Source of the DNA: Aliivibrio fischeri ES114
GTDB lineage: Bacteria; Pseudomonadota; Gammaproteobacteria; Enterobacterales; Vibrionaceae
NCBI RefSeq assembly: GCF_000011805.1
Contig: NC_006841.2
Reading direction: 5' to 3' (one strand)
DNA: 32,000 bases
The notes beneath the pieces are model-generated. The model searched no databases. It was not told where the DNA came from and saw nothing but the letters and a program-made list of their open reading frames with translations. The translations under genes were made by a program, and so were the position numbers. Positions 1 to 10,073 of the stretch are shown piece after piece (within the stretch, counting starts at the first letter, position 1; the number at the start of each line of letters is the position of its first letter).

Positions 1-43
1 AGTGACAATACCATGACTCAAACAGGGTAAATGTAAAAAATTC

Positions 44-739
44 TCACGCAATCGCTAAATATTTGTGCGTTTGAATAGAAAGTCGCCAATTTCTTTTGAT
101 ACACGTTTCAATACAAAGTTCGGTAGCTCTTGGTTTTTGGCTAATTGGCTGAAGAGCGATAGTGACATCTTCGAGTAACTCAACACCTTCTAATAATGCA
201 TCAAGTTGTTCAATATCTTTTGTTGTACCAACTGGATGTTTAATCTCATTTGCACGAGATAGGGCGACTGGCAGAACTGGTAATTTGCCTTTCATGTTGA
301 TTTTTGGTGACACTGTCACCCAAGTGTCGTCTGAAGCAAGAATAGGGTAAGTGCCACTGGTTTCTATCTGGCAGCGATAACCGTGTTGCTCTAGTTCTTG
401 AGTCAATGAAGTCAGATCATACATACATGGTTCACCACCAGTAATCACCATGTGCTTTGCGGTATAACCTTGATTTTCCAACATTTCAATTATTTGAGTG
501 CTCGACAGTTCCGTCCAACTAGGGGTATCTTCCGTTTTGGCTAAAATGGTCTGTAAATCTGTTTTATCACTTAATTCAACATCCCAAGTTTGCTTTGTAT
601 CACACCAAGAACAACCAACAGGGCAACCTTGTAAGCGTAAAAATATAGATGGAACACCGGTAAATGTTCCTTCGCCTTGAATGGTCTCGAATAACTCGTT
701 AATTTTAAATAATGGTGCTGACATAATTATTTTACTCAA
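44..739 (-). CDS. queE: 7-carboxy-7-deazaguanine synthase QueE (radical SAM, queuosine/preQ0 pathway)
   Basis: 231 aa ORF with N-terminal FETIQGEGTFTGVPSIFLRLQGCPVGCSWCDTKQTW (CxxxCxxC radical SAM-like cluster motif) and VITGGEPC. Confidence 0.95.
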   Translation of the reverse strand: MSKIIMSAPLFKINELFETIQGEGTFTGVPSIFLRLQGCPVGCSWCDTKQTWDVELSDKTDLQTILAKTEDTPSWTELSSTQIIEMLENQGYTAKHMVITGGEPCMYDLTSLTQELEQHGYRCQIETSGTYPILASDDTWVTVSPKINMKGKLPVLPVALSRANEIKHPVGTTKDIEQLDALLEGVELLEDVTIALQPISQKPRATELCIETCIKRNWRLSIQTHKYLAIA

Positions 740-907
740 ATAAAAAACTATAAAATTTGGCGTTAAAATTCGTTGTGAAGTCGCATTTTTCGTAAATATT
801 TCATAATCTTCGTGATAGATATCACGTAGGCAAATACTTAAGCTTCACAATTTGTTCGCAAAGTAAAAAAATTCAATTAATTGATATATTTTTTACTGGA
901 GATACGT

Positions 908-2122
908 ATGTACGTGGCCCAACCCGGACACATTGATCATTTAAAACAAGTAAATGCGGGCCGGGTGTATAAGTTAATTGACCAACTTGGCCCTATCTCG
1001 CGCATCGATCTTTCTAAAGAGAGTAATCTAGCGCCGGCTAGTATTACCAAAATCACACGCGAACTTCTTGACGCACACCTTATCAAAGAAACTCAAGTAC
1101 AAGAAGCAAATAGTCGTGGTAGACCGGCAATTGGCCTTGAAGTGGACAATGAAGGCTGGCAATTCTTATCTCTTCGATTAGGTCGTGGTTACTTAACTAT
1201 CGCTTTGCACAGTCTTGGTGGAGAGCAACTCATAGAAGAAAGACAGTTAATTAAAGAGATTGAGCAAGATGAGTTACTTGCCAAGTTATTAAATGAAATT
1301 AACGTGTTCTTTCAAAAGCATTCTAAGATTTTGGGACGAATTACCAGCATTGCGGTGTCATTACCGGGATTAGTCATTTCTTCACAAGGTTTGATCATTC
1401 AAATGCCTCACTACAATGTGAAAAATTTACCATTGGGCCCTAAGATCTATGAATCTACAGGCTTACCAGTATTTATTGGTAACGATACAAGGAGTTGGGC
1501 ATTAGCTGAAAAATTGTTTGGTAATTCAAAAAACATCGACAACTCTATCTTAGTCTCTATTCACCATGGTGTAGGTGCCGGCATCATTATGAATGGGGAA
1601 GTGCTGCAAGGTAGAACAGGCAATATTGGTGAAATGGGACACATCAAGATCAACAAACTTGGTGCTCGTTGTCATTGTGGTAATACAGGTTGCTTAGAAA
1701 CCGTAGCAAGTGCAAAGGCGATTCGTGATCAAGTAAAAAACTTGATTAATAATGGTCATCAAACCGTCTTGAAAGATCAGACGATTACGATTGAAAACAT
1801 TTGTCTTGCCGCAAACCAAGGTGATGTATTAGCAAAACAAGTCATTACTGAGCTTGGACATAATTTGGGTGAAGCCATAGCTATTATGGTCAATCTATTT
1901 AACCCAGAAATGATATTGATAGGTGGGGAAATTAACCTTTCGAAAGACATTTTGTACCCAATTATCATGGATTCTATTCAAAACCAAGTATTGCCACTAT
2001 ATGCAAAAGACACGCAATTGGTTGAGAGTCGCTTTTATACTCAAGCAACCATGCCAGGAGCTGCACTGGTTAAGCAAGCAATGTGTGATGGTTCATTGCT
2101 AATGAAGGTGATAGAAGGTTAA
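908..2122 (+). CDS. mlc: ROK-family transcriptional repressor, Mlc-like
   Basis: N-terminal winged-helix HTH (HIDHLKQVNAGRVYKLIDQLGPISRIDLSKESNLAPASITKI), ROK segment GHIKINKLGARCHCGNTGCLETVAS with Zn-binding cysteines. The track start at 881 is possible, but ATG 908 (MYVAQPGHIDHL) fits known Mlc N-termini better. Confidence 0.9.
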   Translation: MYVAQPGHIDHLKQVNAGRVYKLIDQLGPISRIDLSKESNLAPASITKITRELLDAHLIKETQVQEANSRGRPAIGLEVDNEGWQFLSLRLGRGYLTIALHSLGGEQLIEERQLIKEIEQDELLAKLLNEINVFFQKHSKILGRITSIAVSLPGLVISSQGLIIQMPHYNVKNLPLGPKIYESTGLPVFIGNDTRSWALAEKLFGNSKNIDNSILVSIHHGVGAGIIMNGEVLQGRTGNIGEMGHIKINKLGARCHCGNTGCLETVASAKAIRDQVKNLINNGHQTVLKDQTITIENICLAANQGDVLAKQVITELGHNLGEAIAIMVNLFNPEMILIGGEINLSKDILYPIIMDSIQNQVLPLYAKDTQLVESRFYTQATMPGAALVKQAMCDGSLLMKVIEG

Positions 2123-2143
2123 TACTTCACCGTAAAGTAATAA

Positions 2144-2172
2144 AAAAGAGCAGCGAATTTGGCTGCTCTTTT
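2144..2172. terminator. Bidirectional hairpin terminator between convergent mlc and ltaE
   Basis: AAAAGAGCAGC (2144-2154) / GCTGCTCTTTT (2162-2172), perfect 11-bp stem with a T-rich tail. Confidence 0.85.
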
Positions 2173-2199
2173 CTTTTTATATTGATGGAATGGATAAGA

Positions 2200-3204
2200 T
2201 TAGTTCTGTTTTAAGAACTCAATTAAGGTATCAATATTTTGTTTTGTGATGTCTTTATGAGTCACAAAGCGAATAGGGTTGCCAGCAGAAAGTAAAATAT
2301 CCTGTTCAAGTGCTTTATCACAAATCGTTTTGATATCTACTTTGTTGTCTAATTTAGCAAAAACAATATTAGTTTGAATATGCTCAACATTCACTGAAAA
2401 TCCATTTACCGTATTTAACTGTTCAGCTAAATATTTCGCATTGGCATGGTCCACGGCCAGTTGTGGTACTTGCTCGGTTAATGCGAGTTTTCCGGCAGCA
2501 GCAAGAATGCCCGTTTGACGCATACCGCCCCCCAGCATCTTTCTAATACGGCGAGCTTTTTTGATGTATTCTTTTGTGCCAAGTAGCAAAGAGCCAATTG
2601 GTGCTGATAGGCCTTTTGATAAACAAATCGTCATACTATCAAAATGTTGAGCAATCTCTTTTATATCAACATCTAGTGCAACTGCGGCATTATAGACGCG
2701 AGCACCATCTAAATGCAGAGCCAGTTGATGTTTGTTCACAAATTCTCGCGCTTGAGCTAAGTAGCTTAACGGAAGAACCTTGCCATTAATGGTGTTTTCT
2801 AAGCTCAATAGTTTGGTTCTGGCAAAATGGAAGTCATCCGCTTTTATTGCTGCTGCCAGTTTTTCAAAACATAAAGTACCATCTGGATTATTTTCAATCG
2901 GCTGTGGTTGGATTGACCCTAATACCGCTGCGCCACCAGCTTCATATTTATAGTTATGGGCTTGTTGGCCACACAAATACTCATCGCCACGCTCACAGTG
3001 AGACATAAGTCCTAATAAGTTTGCTTGTGTTCCTGACGAAGTGAACATTGCCGCTTCAAAACCATGGCGATCAGCAGCCCATTGTTCTAATTCGTTTGTG
3101 GTTGGATCATCTCCATAAACATCATCACCAACCAGAGCATTAGCGATAGCTTCACGCATATTTGGAGTTGGGCGAGTAACCGTATCAGAGCGAAAATCAA
3201 TCAT
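2200..3204 (-). CDS. ltaE: Low-specificity L-threonine aldolase
   Basis: MIDFRSDTVTRPTPNMREAIANALVGDDVYGDDPTTNELE and LSKGLSAPIGSLL (PLP-lysine context). Confidence 0.93.
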   Translation of the reverse strand: MIDFRSDTVTRPTPNMREAIANALVGDDVYGDDPTTNELEQWAADRHGFEAAMFTSSGTQANLLGLMSHCERGDEYLCGQQAHNYKYEAGGAAVLGSIQPQPIENNPDGTLCFEKLAAAIKADDFHFARTKLLSLENTINGKVLPLSYLAQAREFVNKHQLALHLDGARVYNAAVALDVDIKEIAQHFDSMTICLSKGLSAPIGSLLLGTKEYIKKARRIRKMLGGGMRQTGILAAAGKLALTEQVPQLAVDHANAKYLAEQLNTVNGFSVNVEHIQTNIVFAKLDNKVDIKTICDKALEQDILLSAGNPIRFVTHKDITKQNIDTLIEFLKQN

Positions 3205-3486
3205 GGTATATCCTTTACTGCACTTATTTTTATATAGATAGATAACCTAGCACACAGCTTGTATCCATGAAAACAATGTTATTTGGGTTTTACAAAAAAA
3301 TAACGAGTATGGTGATTTATATATTAAGAAGAGTGCAATTTATTACCTCTAAAGTAGAGGGATTCGACTAATTGATGAGTGTATATGGTTATTAATCAAA
3401 CAATTGAGGCAATATGTAACTATAACGGCTCTGAAATTTACATTATACTCAAGAGAAAGCAGTTATCTTAAGTGTAAGGGAATGTA

Positions 3487-5136
3487 ATGCAAGGAACCTC
3501 AACGAGAACAAGCGCTGCACGTGCGCTGCTATCTGAACGAATTCAAAAACTCACTACCGCATTATCTGATGGTGTGTATGAACGTGAAGATACAATGCGA
3601 CTATGCTTACTTGCCGCTTTGTCTGGTGAAAGCGTATTTTTATTAGGTCCTCCAGGTATTGCAAAAAGCTTAATAGCAAAACGATTAATTAAAGCGTTTG
3701 ATAACAGCCGTTATTTTGAATATCTAATGACACGCTTTTCGACACCAGAAGAAGTGTTTGGTCCTCTCTCAATTCAAGAATTAAAAGATAACGGTAAATA
3801 CGTTCGATTAACTCAAGGTTACTTGCCTGATGCTCAGGTTGTTTTCTTAGATGAAATTTGGAAAGCAGGCCCTGCAATTCTTAATACACTACTGACCGTT
3901 GTAAATGAAAAAACATTTAAAAACGGTAATGAAATTTCTCCTGTCCCGATGCGACTTCTTATTTCGGCATCAAACGAATTACCCGATGAAGACAGCGGCT
4001 TAGATGCACTCTATGACCGAATGTTAGTACGCGTATTTGTTAACCGTATTCAAAATAAAAATAACTTTAAATCCATGTTGATGACAGGGACGATTCAAGA
4101 AACAGAAATCGATCCATCATTAGTTGTAACGGACAGCGAGTACCATCAATGGCAAAAAGAATTGGATGGATTAACCTTATCCGATCAAGTCTTTGAAAAG
4201 CTATTTGAATTAAAGACCATGCTTGAACAAAACAATACGGCTTATGATGAAGATCTGTATGTATCTGATCGACGCTGGAAAAAGTCCGTTAAATTACTAA
4301 AAGCATCCGCTTTCTTTAGTGGCCGTGATGAAATTAATCCGATGGATTTGTTGTTATTACAAGATTGTTTATGGACGACACCTGAGAACAGAGAACAAGT
4401 ACGTGAAAGTATTCGAGTCTTTGCATCAGAAAAAGCGTTTGATCAACAAGCGGTATTGATGAATATCGATATGATCTTAACGGATATGGCGGAAATGGAA
4501 GCGGAGATCCTAGCAAAGCACAGCGTTGAGTTGCATATGGAAACGGCCGGTAACCGCTTAATGAAAAAAGAAAGCTATGAGTTCGATTTTCAAAAGGGCA
4601 AACGCTTTAGTGTTGGCAACGCGCATCAATTAATAAAATTAGTGATGCTTCAATCTAATATGTCAGTATCAGAAGGTGAAAAGGGCGATAGCCGCTGGGT
4701 TTATGTTAACCCTGATGACATCGAAAAACAGATGAAAGAAGGTAAGGCATCGGTATATGGTTATGTAAACCAGAACCCAAGTCTGTGTATGCTTAATTTT
4801 GAATTAGATGCAGATTCCAGATTAGTAATCAAAGATATCGCAAATCGTTCTGTTCTTGTCGGTATGGTCGGTCATAATGATCCAACTGAAAGTCAATTTG
4901 ATGTGTGGGCAGAGCAAGTTTCTGTAAATCAAAAGAAATTAGACGAAGCTGAACATCAATTACTAAAAAGCCGAACACAATTTCACGCAGCGCTACCACA
5001 TAACTTTATTGAAGAAAGTTTGCCTTCAGTGATTGAAAACAGTCTACAGTTATTAACTCAGCGTATTGAGGGATGTAAAACTCAATTTAATAACTCTAGT
5101 CGACGCGTAATGAAATTTAGCGATTATTATTCTTAA
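3487..5136 (+). CDS. ravA: RavA, MoxR-family AAA+ ATPase
   Basis: Walker A GPPGIAKS, Walker B VFLDEIWK, RavA-like arrangement, immediately followed by a VWA partner. Confidence 0.93.
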   Translation: MQGTSTRTSAARALLSERIQKLTTALSDGVYEREDTMRLCLLAALSGESVFLLGPPGIAKSLIAKRLIKAFDNSRYFEYLMTRFSTPEEVFGPLSIQELKDNGKYVRLTQGYLPDAQVVFLDEIWKAGPAILNTLLTVVNEKTFKNGNEISPVPMRLLISASNELPDEDSGLDALYDRMLVRVFVNRIQNKNNFKSMLMTGTIQETEIDPSLVVTDSEYHQWQKELDGLTLSDQVFEKLFELKTMLEQNNTAYDEDLYVSDRRWKKSVKLLKASAFFSGRDEINPMDLLLLQDCLWTTPENREQVRESIRVFASEKAFDQQAVLMNIDMILTDMAEMEAEILAKHSVELHMETAGNRLMKKESYEFDFQKGKRFSVGNAHQLIKLVMLQSNMSVSEGEKGDSRWVYVNPDDIEKQMKEGKASVYGYVNQNPSLCMLNFELDADSRLVIKDIANRSVLVGMVGHNDPTESQFDVWAEQVSVNQKKLDEAEHQLLKSRTQFHAALPHNFIEESLPSVIENSLQLLTQRIEGCKTQFNNSSRRVMKFSDYYS

Positions 5137-5154
5137 TAAATAATAGGGACAAAT

Positions 5155-6603
5155 ATGTTAGGTGCTGATGCCTTAAATTTGGTCATGATGGTAGCAGAAT
5201 CAGGGATGATTGATTCTTCGATCGCAGAGATCCTTTCACGTCCGCAATTTCTGACAGCTGCTAAATCAAACCCTAATATAAAACCAACCATTAAGAATCA
5301 TATTTTGAAATGGCGTGGCAAAGTTAAGCATAAAATGACCAAAGTATGCGAAACAGAGCGTATTCAAGATGAACTGGCTTTATATCAGGATGTGATTCAT
5401 TGGAGTGAGAACGAGTTTTATCAACGTATTGATGAGATTATATCTAAGTTAAAATGGCACTCTGCATTTTACGTTGAAGCAAAACAATTAGCTAATGATA
5501 ACAAAGGGTTAATGAACCCTATGTTCCCTCGATTCTTTTGTGAACGTTGGTATCAAAGTTTATCGGATGCAATCAAAAAAGCGCAGTTAAGTGAATTAAA
5601 AGAAGATAAAGAAAAACTTCTTGCTGATTTGTATCAACGAATTGAGACATTAAAAACCATGGAGTCTGTTACTGCTGAAGGTGATGAAGCTCAAATCGGT
5701 AAACTGTGGGATATGGCATCAGCAAAACTGACCAAATCTAATGTAGATATCATGAAACTACATGCGCGGTTTCTGAAGAAAAATAAAGGATTACAAGACA
5801 TCGCCTCTAAGCTTGGACGTATGGCCAATGAAGCTGAACATAGTGATAAATCACAAGCAATGGCTGAAGAAGTCAAAGTGGTGGAAGAGAAGAGTGATTT
5901 TGTAACTGACGATATTGTCGGTGTTCATGAAGGCGATGATTTAAGTCGTCTACTTCCTAATGAAACTTTATTTTTATCGCATCCAGAACTTGAAGTTATT
6001 TTTTATCAGCACCTTATTGATAAACGTTTAATGAACTATCGCATGCAGGGGGCTGATCGTAAGTTACGCAAAGTCACAACTCAATCGAGAGCTGCAAGTA
6101 ATGCGCTTATTGAAAAAGGGCCGTTTGTTGTTTGTGTCGATGCATCAGGTTCTATGAGTGGATTCCCAGAGCAATGTGCAAAAGCGTTAGCTTATGGATT
6201 AATGCAGATCGCATTGGCAGAAGAGCGAGATTGTTATGTCATTCTGTTTTCGACTCAGCAAATCACATATGAATTAAGTAAACAGGATGGCTTGAAAGAA
6301 GTTGCCGATTTCTTATCGTATAAATTTCATGGTGGTACAGATTTAGAGCCCGTGCTGGAAAAATCAATTCAATTGATGCATGGGGATAAATATAAAAACG
6401 CAGATTTAGTGGTATTGTCTGATTTTATTGCACCGACACATTCAGAAAAGATAGATGCAATGGTAGGTGATTTGAAAAAACATCAGAACCGATTTCATGC
6501 GGTGTGTTTATCAAAATATGGAAATCCAGCATTAATGGCGATGTTTGACCACACATGGGCATATCATCCATCAATGCTAGGGAGACTAACGCAAATTCGC
6601 TAA
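5155..6603 (+). CDS. viaA: ViaA, VWA (von Willebrand A / MIDAS) partner of RavA
   Basis: VVCVDASGSMSG MIDAS DxSxS motif near the C-terminus; 18 bp downstream of ravA. Confidence 0.92.
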   Translation: MLGADALNLVMMVAESGMIDSSIAEILSRPQFLTAAKSNPNIKPTIKNHILKWRGKVKHKMTKVCETERIQDELALYQDVIHWSENEFYQRIDEIISKLKWHSAFYVEAKQLANDNKGLMNPMFPRFFCERWYQSLSDAIKKAQLSELKEDKEKLLADLYQRIETLKTMESVTAEGDEAQIGKLWDMASAKLTKSNVDIMKLHARFLKKNKGLQDIASKLGRMANEAEHSDKSQAMAEEVKVVEEKSDFVTDDIVGVHEGDDLSRLLPNETLFLSHPELEVIFYQHLIDKRLMNYRMQGADRKLRKVTTQSRAASNALIEKGPFVVCVDASGSMSGFPEQCAKALAYGLMQIALAEERDCYVILFSTQQITYELSKQDGLKEVADFLSYKFHGGTDLEPVLEKSIQLMHGDKYKNADLVVLSDFIAPTHSEKIDAMVGDLKKHQNRFHAVCLSKYGNPALMAMFDHTWAYHPSMLGRLTQIR

Positions 6604-6846
6604 TTAGTCTTCTTTCACGAAACGTACTTTTGAAAAGCCAAGCTTTGTAAAGTAGCTGTGACGGAAATCTTTAACCGCACCAGGGTTATTTGAGGCCATT
6701 TCAACTTGCTTCAACATAGTATCGAAATCTGAGATATCAATACCTTCAGCAGCCGCTGCAGCTTCAAATGGGCCGTGAAATTCACGAAAAGAGAAAGGGA
6801 TCTCTTTTGTTTCAGACTTGTAAGTATAACGAACGATACGAGCCAT
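6604..6846 (-). CDS. DUF2960-family protein
   Basis: MARIVRYTYKSETKEIPFSFREFHGPFEAAAAAEGIDISDF; internal ATG at 6846 preferred over the track start at 6879. Stop codon directly abuts that of viaA. Confidence 0.7.
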   Translation of the reverse strand: MARIVRYTYKSETKEIPFSFREFHGPFEAAAAAEGIDISDFDTMLKQVEMASNNPGAVKDFRHSYFTKLGFSKVRFVKED

Positions 6847-6889
6847 TATTTCTCCGAAAAAGGATGGCACTAAAGCCATCCAATATTAA

Positions 6890-7327
6890 TTATTTTTTGA
6901 AGATTTCAGCAAGTTCACGCTTCATGATTGGATCACGACGTGCTTTTTTGATTTGCTTAACTAGATCTTTCACACAGTTGTGTAAAACTTGATCAAGAAG
7001 TTGTGAACGGTATTCAGCTTGAGCATCTTCGTCCATGTTTTCTGGTAGGTCTAAGTTTTCGAACTCAGCCATGAAATCATAACCAGCGTAGCTTTGGCTT
7101 AGAGAAACTAATGCGTGGAATTGCTCAAAGTTATCTAGAACTTTTTGAGCACTAGCTGGCATTGCATCCCAAGATTCACGAACTGCGATTTCAGCTACTT
7201 CGTGCACAGAAACAAGCATGTGCCACATTTCTTCAGGAACGTTTTCAAATTCGATAACTTTTTTAAGTTCAGGAGAGATCGTTTCTAGATCGATAGCTTC
7301 TTTTTGTGTGTTTTCAACTTCAGACAT
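6890..7327 (-). CDS. DUF3069-family protein
   Basis: 145 aa acidic soluble protein; family recognised from memory of Vibrio proteins. Confidence 0.7.
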   Translation of the reverse strand: MSEVENTQKEAIDLETISPELKKVIEFENVPEEMWHMLVSVHEVAEIAVRESWDAMPASAQKVLDNFEQFHALVSLSQSYAGYDFMAEFENLDLPENMDEDAQAEYRSQLLDQVLHNCVKDLVKQIKKARRDPIMKRELAEIFKK

Positions 7328-7529
7328 GGGAATTTCTCGTCATATAAAAAGGAAATGGTAACTAGACCATCAGAAATGTCAATTTTATTCATTCCTATAA
7401 GGGACATTTGGTAAGAAATCGTGGTTTTAATAAGCGAAAAGCAGGAATCAACATCACATTTATCACCGTTTTTCATTAAAGAAACGATTATAAACGTCGA
7501 TATCAAGAGTAGGAATTATATTACTCGGA

Positions 7530-8162
7530 TTGATCATGTTAAGACTTTTACCATTATTTGCTTCATTACTATTTGTTGGGTGTGCACCACAAGGAAGTAG
7601 TTTATTAGATATCGCACCAAAGACGAAAGAAGATGCACCGTTCCCTGATTTTGAAAATCCTGAAACTGCACCTGTTGAAGAGATGGAAACATCAGAAATG
7701 ACACGTGCATTAACTGGACCTAATGGTGAGTTAAAAGACGATGACATGCGCCAAGTCGCTCAACAATTAACAAATATGGGTATTCAATATCACAAAGTAG
7801 GTAATGACCAACTGGTGATAAGTATTCAAGAAAAAGTGCATTTTTCTAGCGCTAAAGCAGAATTAACGCCTCTAGCACGCTCCCTGCTTAATAAATTGAT
7901 TGTCGTTATGGCAAGTAAACCAGAACTAGCACTAGTGCTTGATGGCCATACAGATGTGACTGGTGATCCGATTAAGAATCAGAACTTATCTGAACAACGC
8001 TCAAACGAAGTACGTCGTTATTTATTAGCTAATAAACTAAATGCGAGTCAATTATACTCTCGAGGTTTTGGTGAATATCTACCGTTATGTGATAACGATA
8101 CGATCCTAGGTCGTAAATGTAATCGAAGAGTGGAAATTACCATCTTAAAAATTCACTGGTAA
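7530..8162 (+). CDS. OmpA-like outer-membrane lipoprotein
   Basis: Signal peptide plus lipobox (LLFVGCAP) and C-terminal OmpA domain (LALVLDGHTDVTGDPIKNQNLSEQRSNEVRRYLL, GFGEYLP...NRRVEI). Start may be TTG 7530 or ATG 7536. Confidence 0.88.
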   Translation: MIMLRLLPLFASLLFVGCAPQGSSLLDIAPKTKEDAPFPDFENPETAPVEEMETSEMTRALTGPNGELKDDDMRQVAQQLTNMGIQYHKVGNDQLVISIQEKVHFSSAKAELTPLARSLLNKLIVVMASKPELALVLDGHTDVTGDPIKNQNLSEQRSNEVRRYLLANKLNASQLYSRGFGEYLPLCDNDTILGRKCNRRVEITILKIHW

Positions 8163-8170
8163 CAGTATAA

Positions 8171-8200
8171 AAAATGGCCCTCATTATTGAGGGCCATTTT
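8171..8200. terminator. Bidirectional hairpin terminator
   Basis: AAAATGGCCCTC (8171-8182) / GAGGGCCATTTT (8189-8200), 12-bp perfect stem between convergent genes. Confidence 0.9.
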
Positions 8201-8215
8201 GTAGATATTTATAAA

Positions 8216-8686
8216 TTAGTTAGCAGTAACTGGCTGTTCAACGTAAGCTTTTGTTCCCCACAATGGCACAGTTGATAAACTATGCTTAAAGCTACCTTCT
8301 GTTTCTTTTGTTGTGTATGACAAGTACAGTAATGTTTGGTTTTCAGCATCGTAAATACGTCTAACTTTCATTGATTTAAAGAAGATACTTTTAGATTGCT
8401 TGAAAACAACCTCACCAGATTTACTTCTGTCAATTTGAGCGATCATTTCAGGTGTGATTTCACCTGTTTGACGACATGAGATAGAGCTGTCACTTGGATC
8501 AGAAAGACTTAAATTTGCTTCAACTGATGCGATGTGGCAAGTAACACCAGGGATCTTTTCATCATCCAAGTTTGAAATTTTGATGTCTTTCATAGTGAAC
8601 ATACCTAGTGATACATCACCAACTTCGTTATCAGAACAAGCGCTAAGCAATGTTGTGATAGCAAGTGCAAAAATGATTTTTTTCAT
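8216..8686 (-). CDS. creA: CreA-family protein
   Basis: VTCHIASVEANL...SDSSISCRQTG...GEVVFKQSKSIFFKSMKVRRIYDAENQTLLYLSYTTKETEGSFKHSLSTVPLW matches the CreA pattern. Start at internal ATG 8686 (MKKIIFALAITTLLSAC), giving a good lipoprotein signal; track start is 8728. Confidence 0.85.
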   Translation of the reverse strand: MKKIIFALAITTLLSACSDNEVGDVSLGMFTMKDIKISNLDDEKIPGVTCHIASVEANLSLSDPSDSSISCRQTGEITPEMIAQIDRSKSGEVVFKQSKSIFFKSMKVRRIYDAENQTLLYLSYTTKETEGSFKHSLSTVPLWGTKAYVEQPVTAN

Positions 8687-8892
8687 TAAAGATTCTCTGA
8701 TTTTAAACGATATAAAAGAGTGTAGCATAAGCGTGATTTGATTTAAGCACTGACGTTATACTAAAAAAATAAGCCATGTCATCACTTTAGCATAAGTAAG
8801 CGATCTTATGCATAAAGACATTAATTGGATTTTTGAAATAAGGTGATATGTATTAATATGCGTCGGATAAAATATATGAGTGGAGAAATAAC

Positions 8893-9006
8893 TTGAAAAA
8901 ACAAATAATTACTGTCGCTTTAATGGCTCTTCTATTAACGGCTTGTAGCTCTCCATCCCAACCTCGCATGTGCGTTCCTGATTTTTGTAATATATGGGGC
9001 CAATGA
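8893..9006 (+). CDS. Very small predicted lipoprotein (37 aa), not in the supplied ORF track
   Basis: TTG start after TGGAGAAATAAC; translation MKKQIITVALMALLLTACSSPSQPRMCVPDFCNIWGQ*, with signal peptide and LTAC lipobox. Confidence 0.6.
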   Translation: MKKQIITVALMALLLTACSSPSQPRMCVPDFCNIWGQ

Positions 9007-9101
9007 TTCTGGCCTGATTATTTTTATCTTCGATTCAACGTATCAATTTCATTAATTTAAGCCTATAATCAACGGGTTCAAGACATTGTTAGGATTTTAG
9101 A

Positions 9102-9524
9102 ATGAAAGTATGTGGCGTAGAGCTTAAAGGTAATGAAGCAATCATCTGTTTAGTTAATAAATCAGATGGCATGATCGATTTACCTGATTGTCGAGTAGCT
9201 AAATTTGATATTGTTGAGCCATCTAAAACGGAATCAATCCGTGATTTTCAATTTAAATTTAAAAAATTAATGCAAGATTACCAAGTTGAAACGGTTGTTA
9301 TTAAAGAACGTTTAATGAAAGGTAAGTTTGCAGGTGGTGCTGTTGGCTTTAAATTAGAAGCTGCAATTCAACTAATTGAAGATGTTGAAGTTGAAGTACT
9401 TAGCGCTGCAGATCAAAAAGCAAGCCTGAAACGCGCACCAGAAATGATCCGCGTAAAAGAAGTTGGTTTAAAAGGTTACCAACAAGATGCCTACGAAACA
9501 GGTTATGCATTTTTAAACTTTTAA
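9102..9524 (+). CDS. DUF3010-family protein
   Basis: MKVCGVELKGNEAIICLVN...VVIKERLMKGKFAGGAVGFKLEAAIQL; family recognised from memory. Confidence 0.75.
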   Translation: MKVCGVELKGNEAIICLVNKSDGMIDLPDCRVAKFDIVEPSKTESIRDFQFKFKKLMQDYQVETVVIKERLMKGKFAGGAVGFKLEAAIQLIEDVEVEVLSAADQKASLKRAPEMIRVKEVGLKGYQQDAYETGYAFLNF

Positions 9525-9534
9525 TTTAAATAAA

Positions 9535-9556
9535 GGATGGGGTACCATCCTTTTTT
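9535..9556 (+). terminator. Rho-independent terminator
   Basis: GGATGG ggta CCATCC TTTTTT directly after the DUF3010 gene. Confidence 0.8.
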
Positions 9557-9565
9557 GTAGGTGAT

Positions 9566-10051
9566 ATGAGTAGCGAAATTTTTAATAAGAATAAGCTAAC
9601 TTGGTTAGCAGAGCAGGTGAATGTGGATTTCCCAACACCTGAAAGCCTTAGAGGCAGAGATATCTATCTAAATCAAAGTGCATGTGTACCAAGTAAGCTT
9701 GAGTTTGTTAATTCAAACATTCCTGATGGTGTATTTGTTTTACCTGTTACAGAGCATAGGCTTACCATTCGTTGGGCAATGATTGTTGCAAAACAATGGG
9801 ATCAAGAATATGACGATGTTCTTGAGTTTTTGACTCAAATCGAATTGTCAGAAGAATATCAGTTATTTGTTGCTTTAAATGGAATGATGCCAATCGCTGC
9901 GTGTTTATCGCAAGTTGTTGATGGCGAATTATTTATTTCAGATATTGTTATTACGGATAATACCCTTGATGTTGATGGATTCTTAGGATCTGTAATGGAG
10001 CAGCAATCAAGTTTACATGGGACTACTTTTACAACTTGTATTAAAGCCTAA
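9566..10051 (+). CDS. Conserved hypothetical protein
   Basis: 161 aa ORF with normal composition for its neighbourhood, co-oriented with neighbours; no recognised domain. Confidence 0.65.
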   Translation: MSSEIFNKNKLTWLAEQVNVDFPTPESLRGRDIYLNQSACVPSKLEFVNSNIPDGVFVLPVTEHRLTIRWAMIVAKQWDQEYDDVLEFLTQIELSEEYQLFVALNGMMPIAACLSQVVDGELFISDIVITDNTLDVDGFLGSVMEQQSSLHGTTFTTCIKA

Positions 10052-10073
10052 TATATCTTCAGAGTCTTGAAAC

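Noticed and set aside
162-680. Plus-strand ORFs 162-350 and 498-680
   Set aside because: They lie antisense inside queE and have low-complexity, non-protein-like translations.
3689-5876. Small ORFs inside ravA/viaA (3689-3877, 4334-4516, 5691-5876)
   Set aside because: Shadow ORFs on the opposite strand of well-supported genes.
6768-6992. Plus-strand ORF antisense to the DUF2960/DUF3069 genes
   Set aside because: Overlaps two supported minus-strand genes and has no recognisable family.
7285-7747. Minus-strand ORFs 7285-7506 and 7463-7747
   Set aside because: Overlap the DUF3069 start region and the OmpA-like gene; no ribosome-binding site or domain seen.
8790-8811. GCATAAG/CTTATGC inverted repeat upstream of the small lipoprotein gene
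   Set aside because: Only 7 bp in an AT-rich gap, with no tract or conserved consensus; too easily due to chance.
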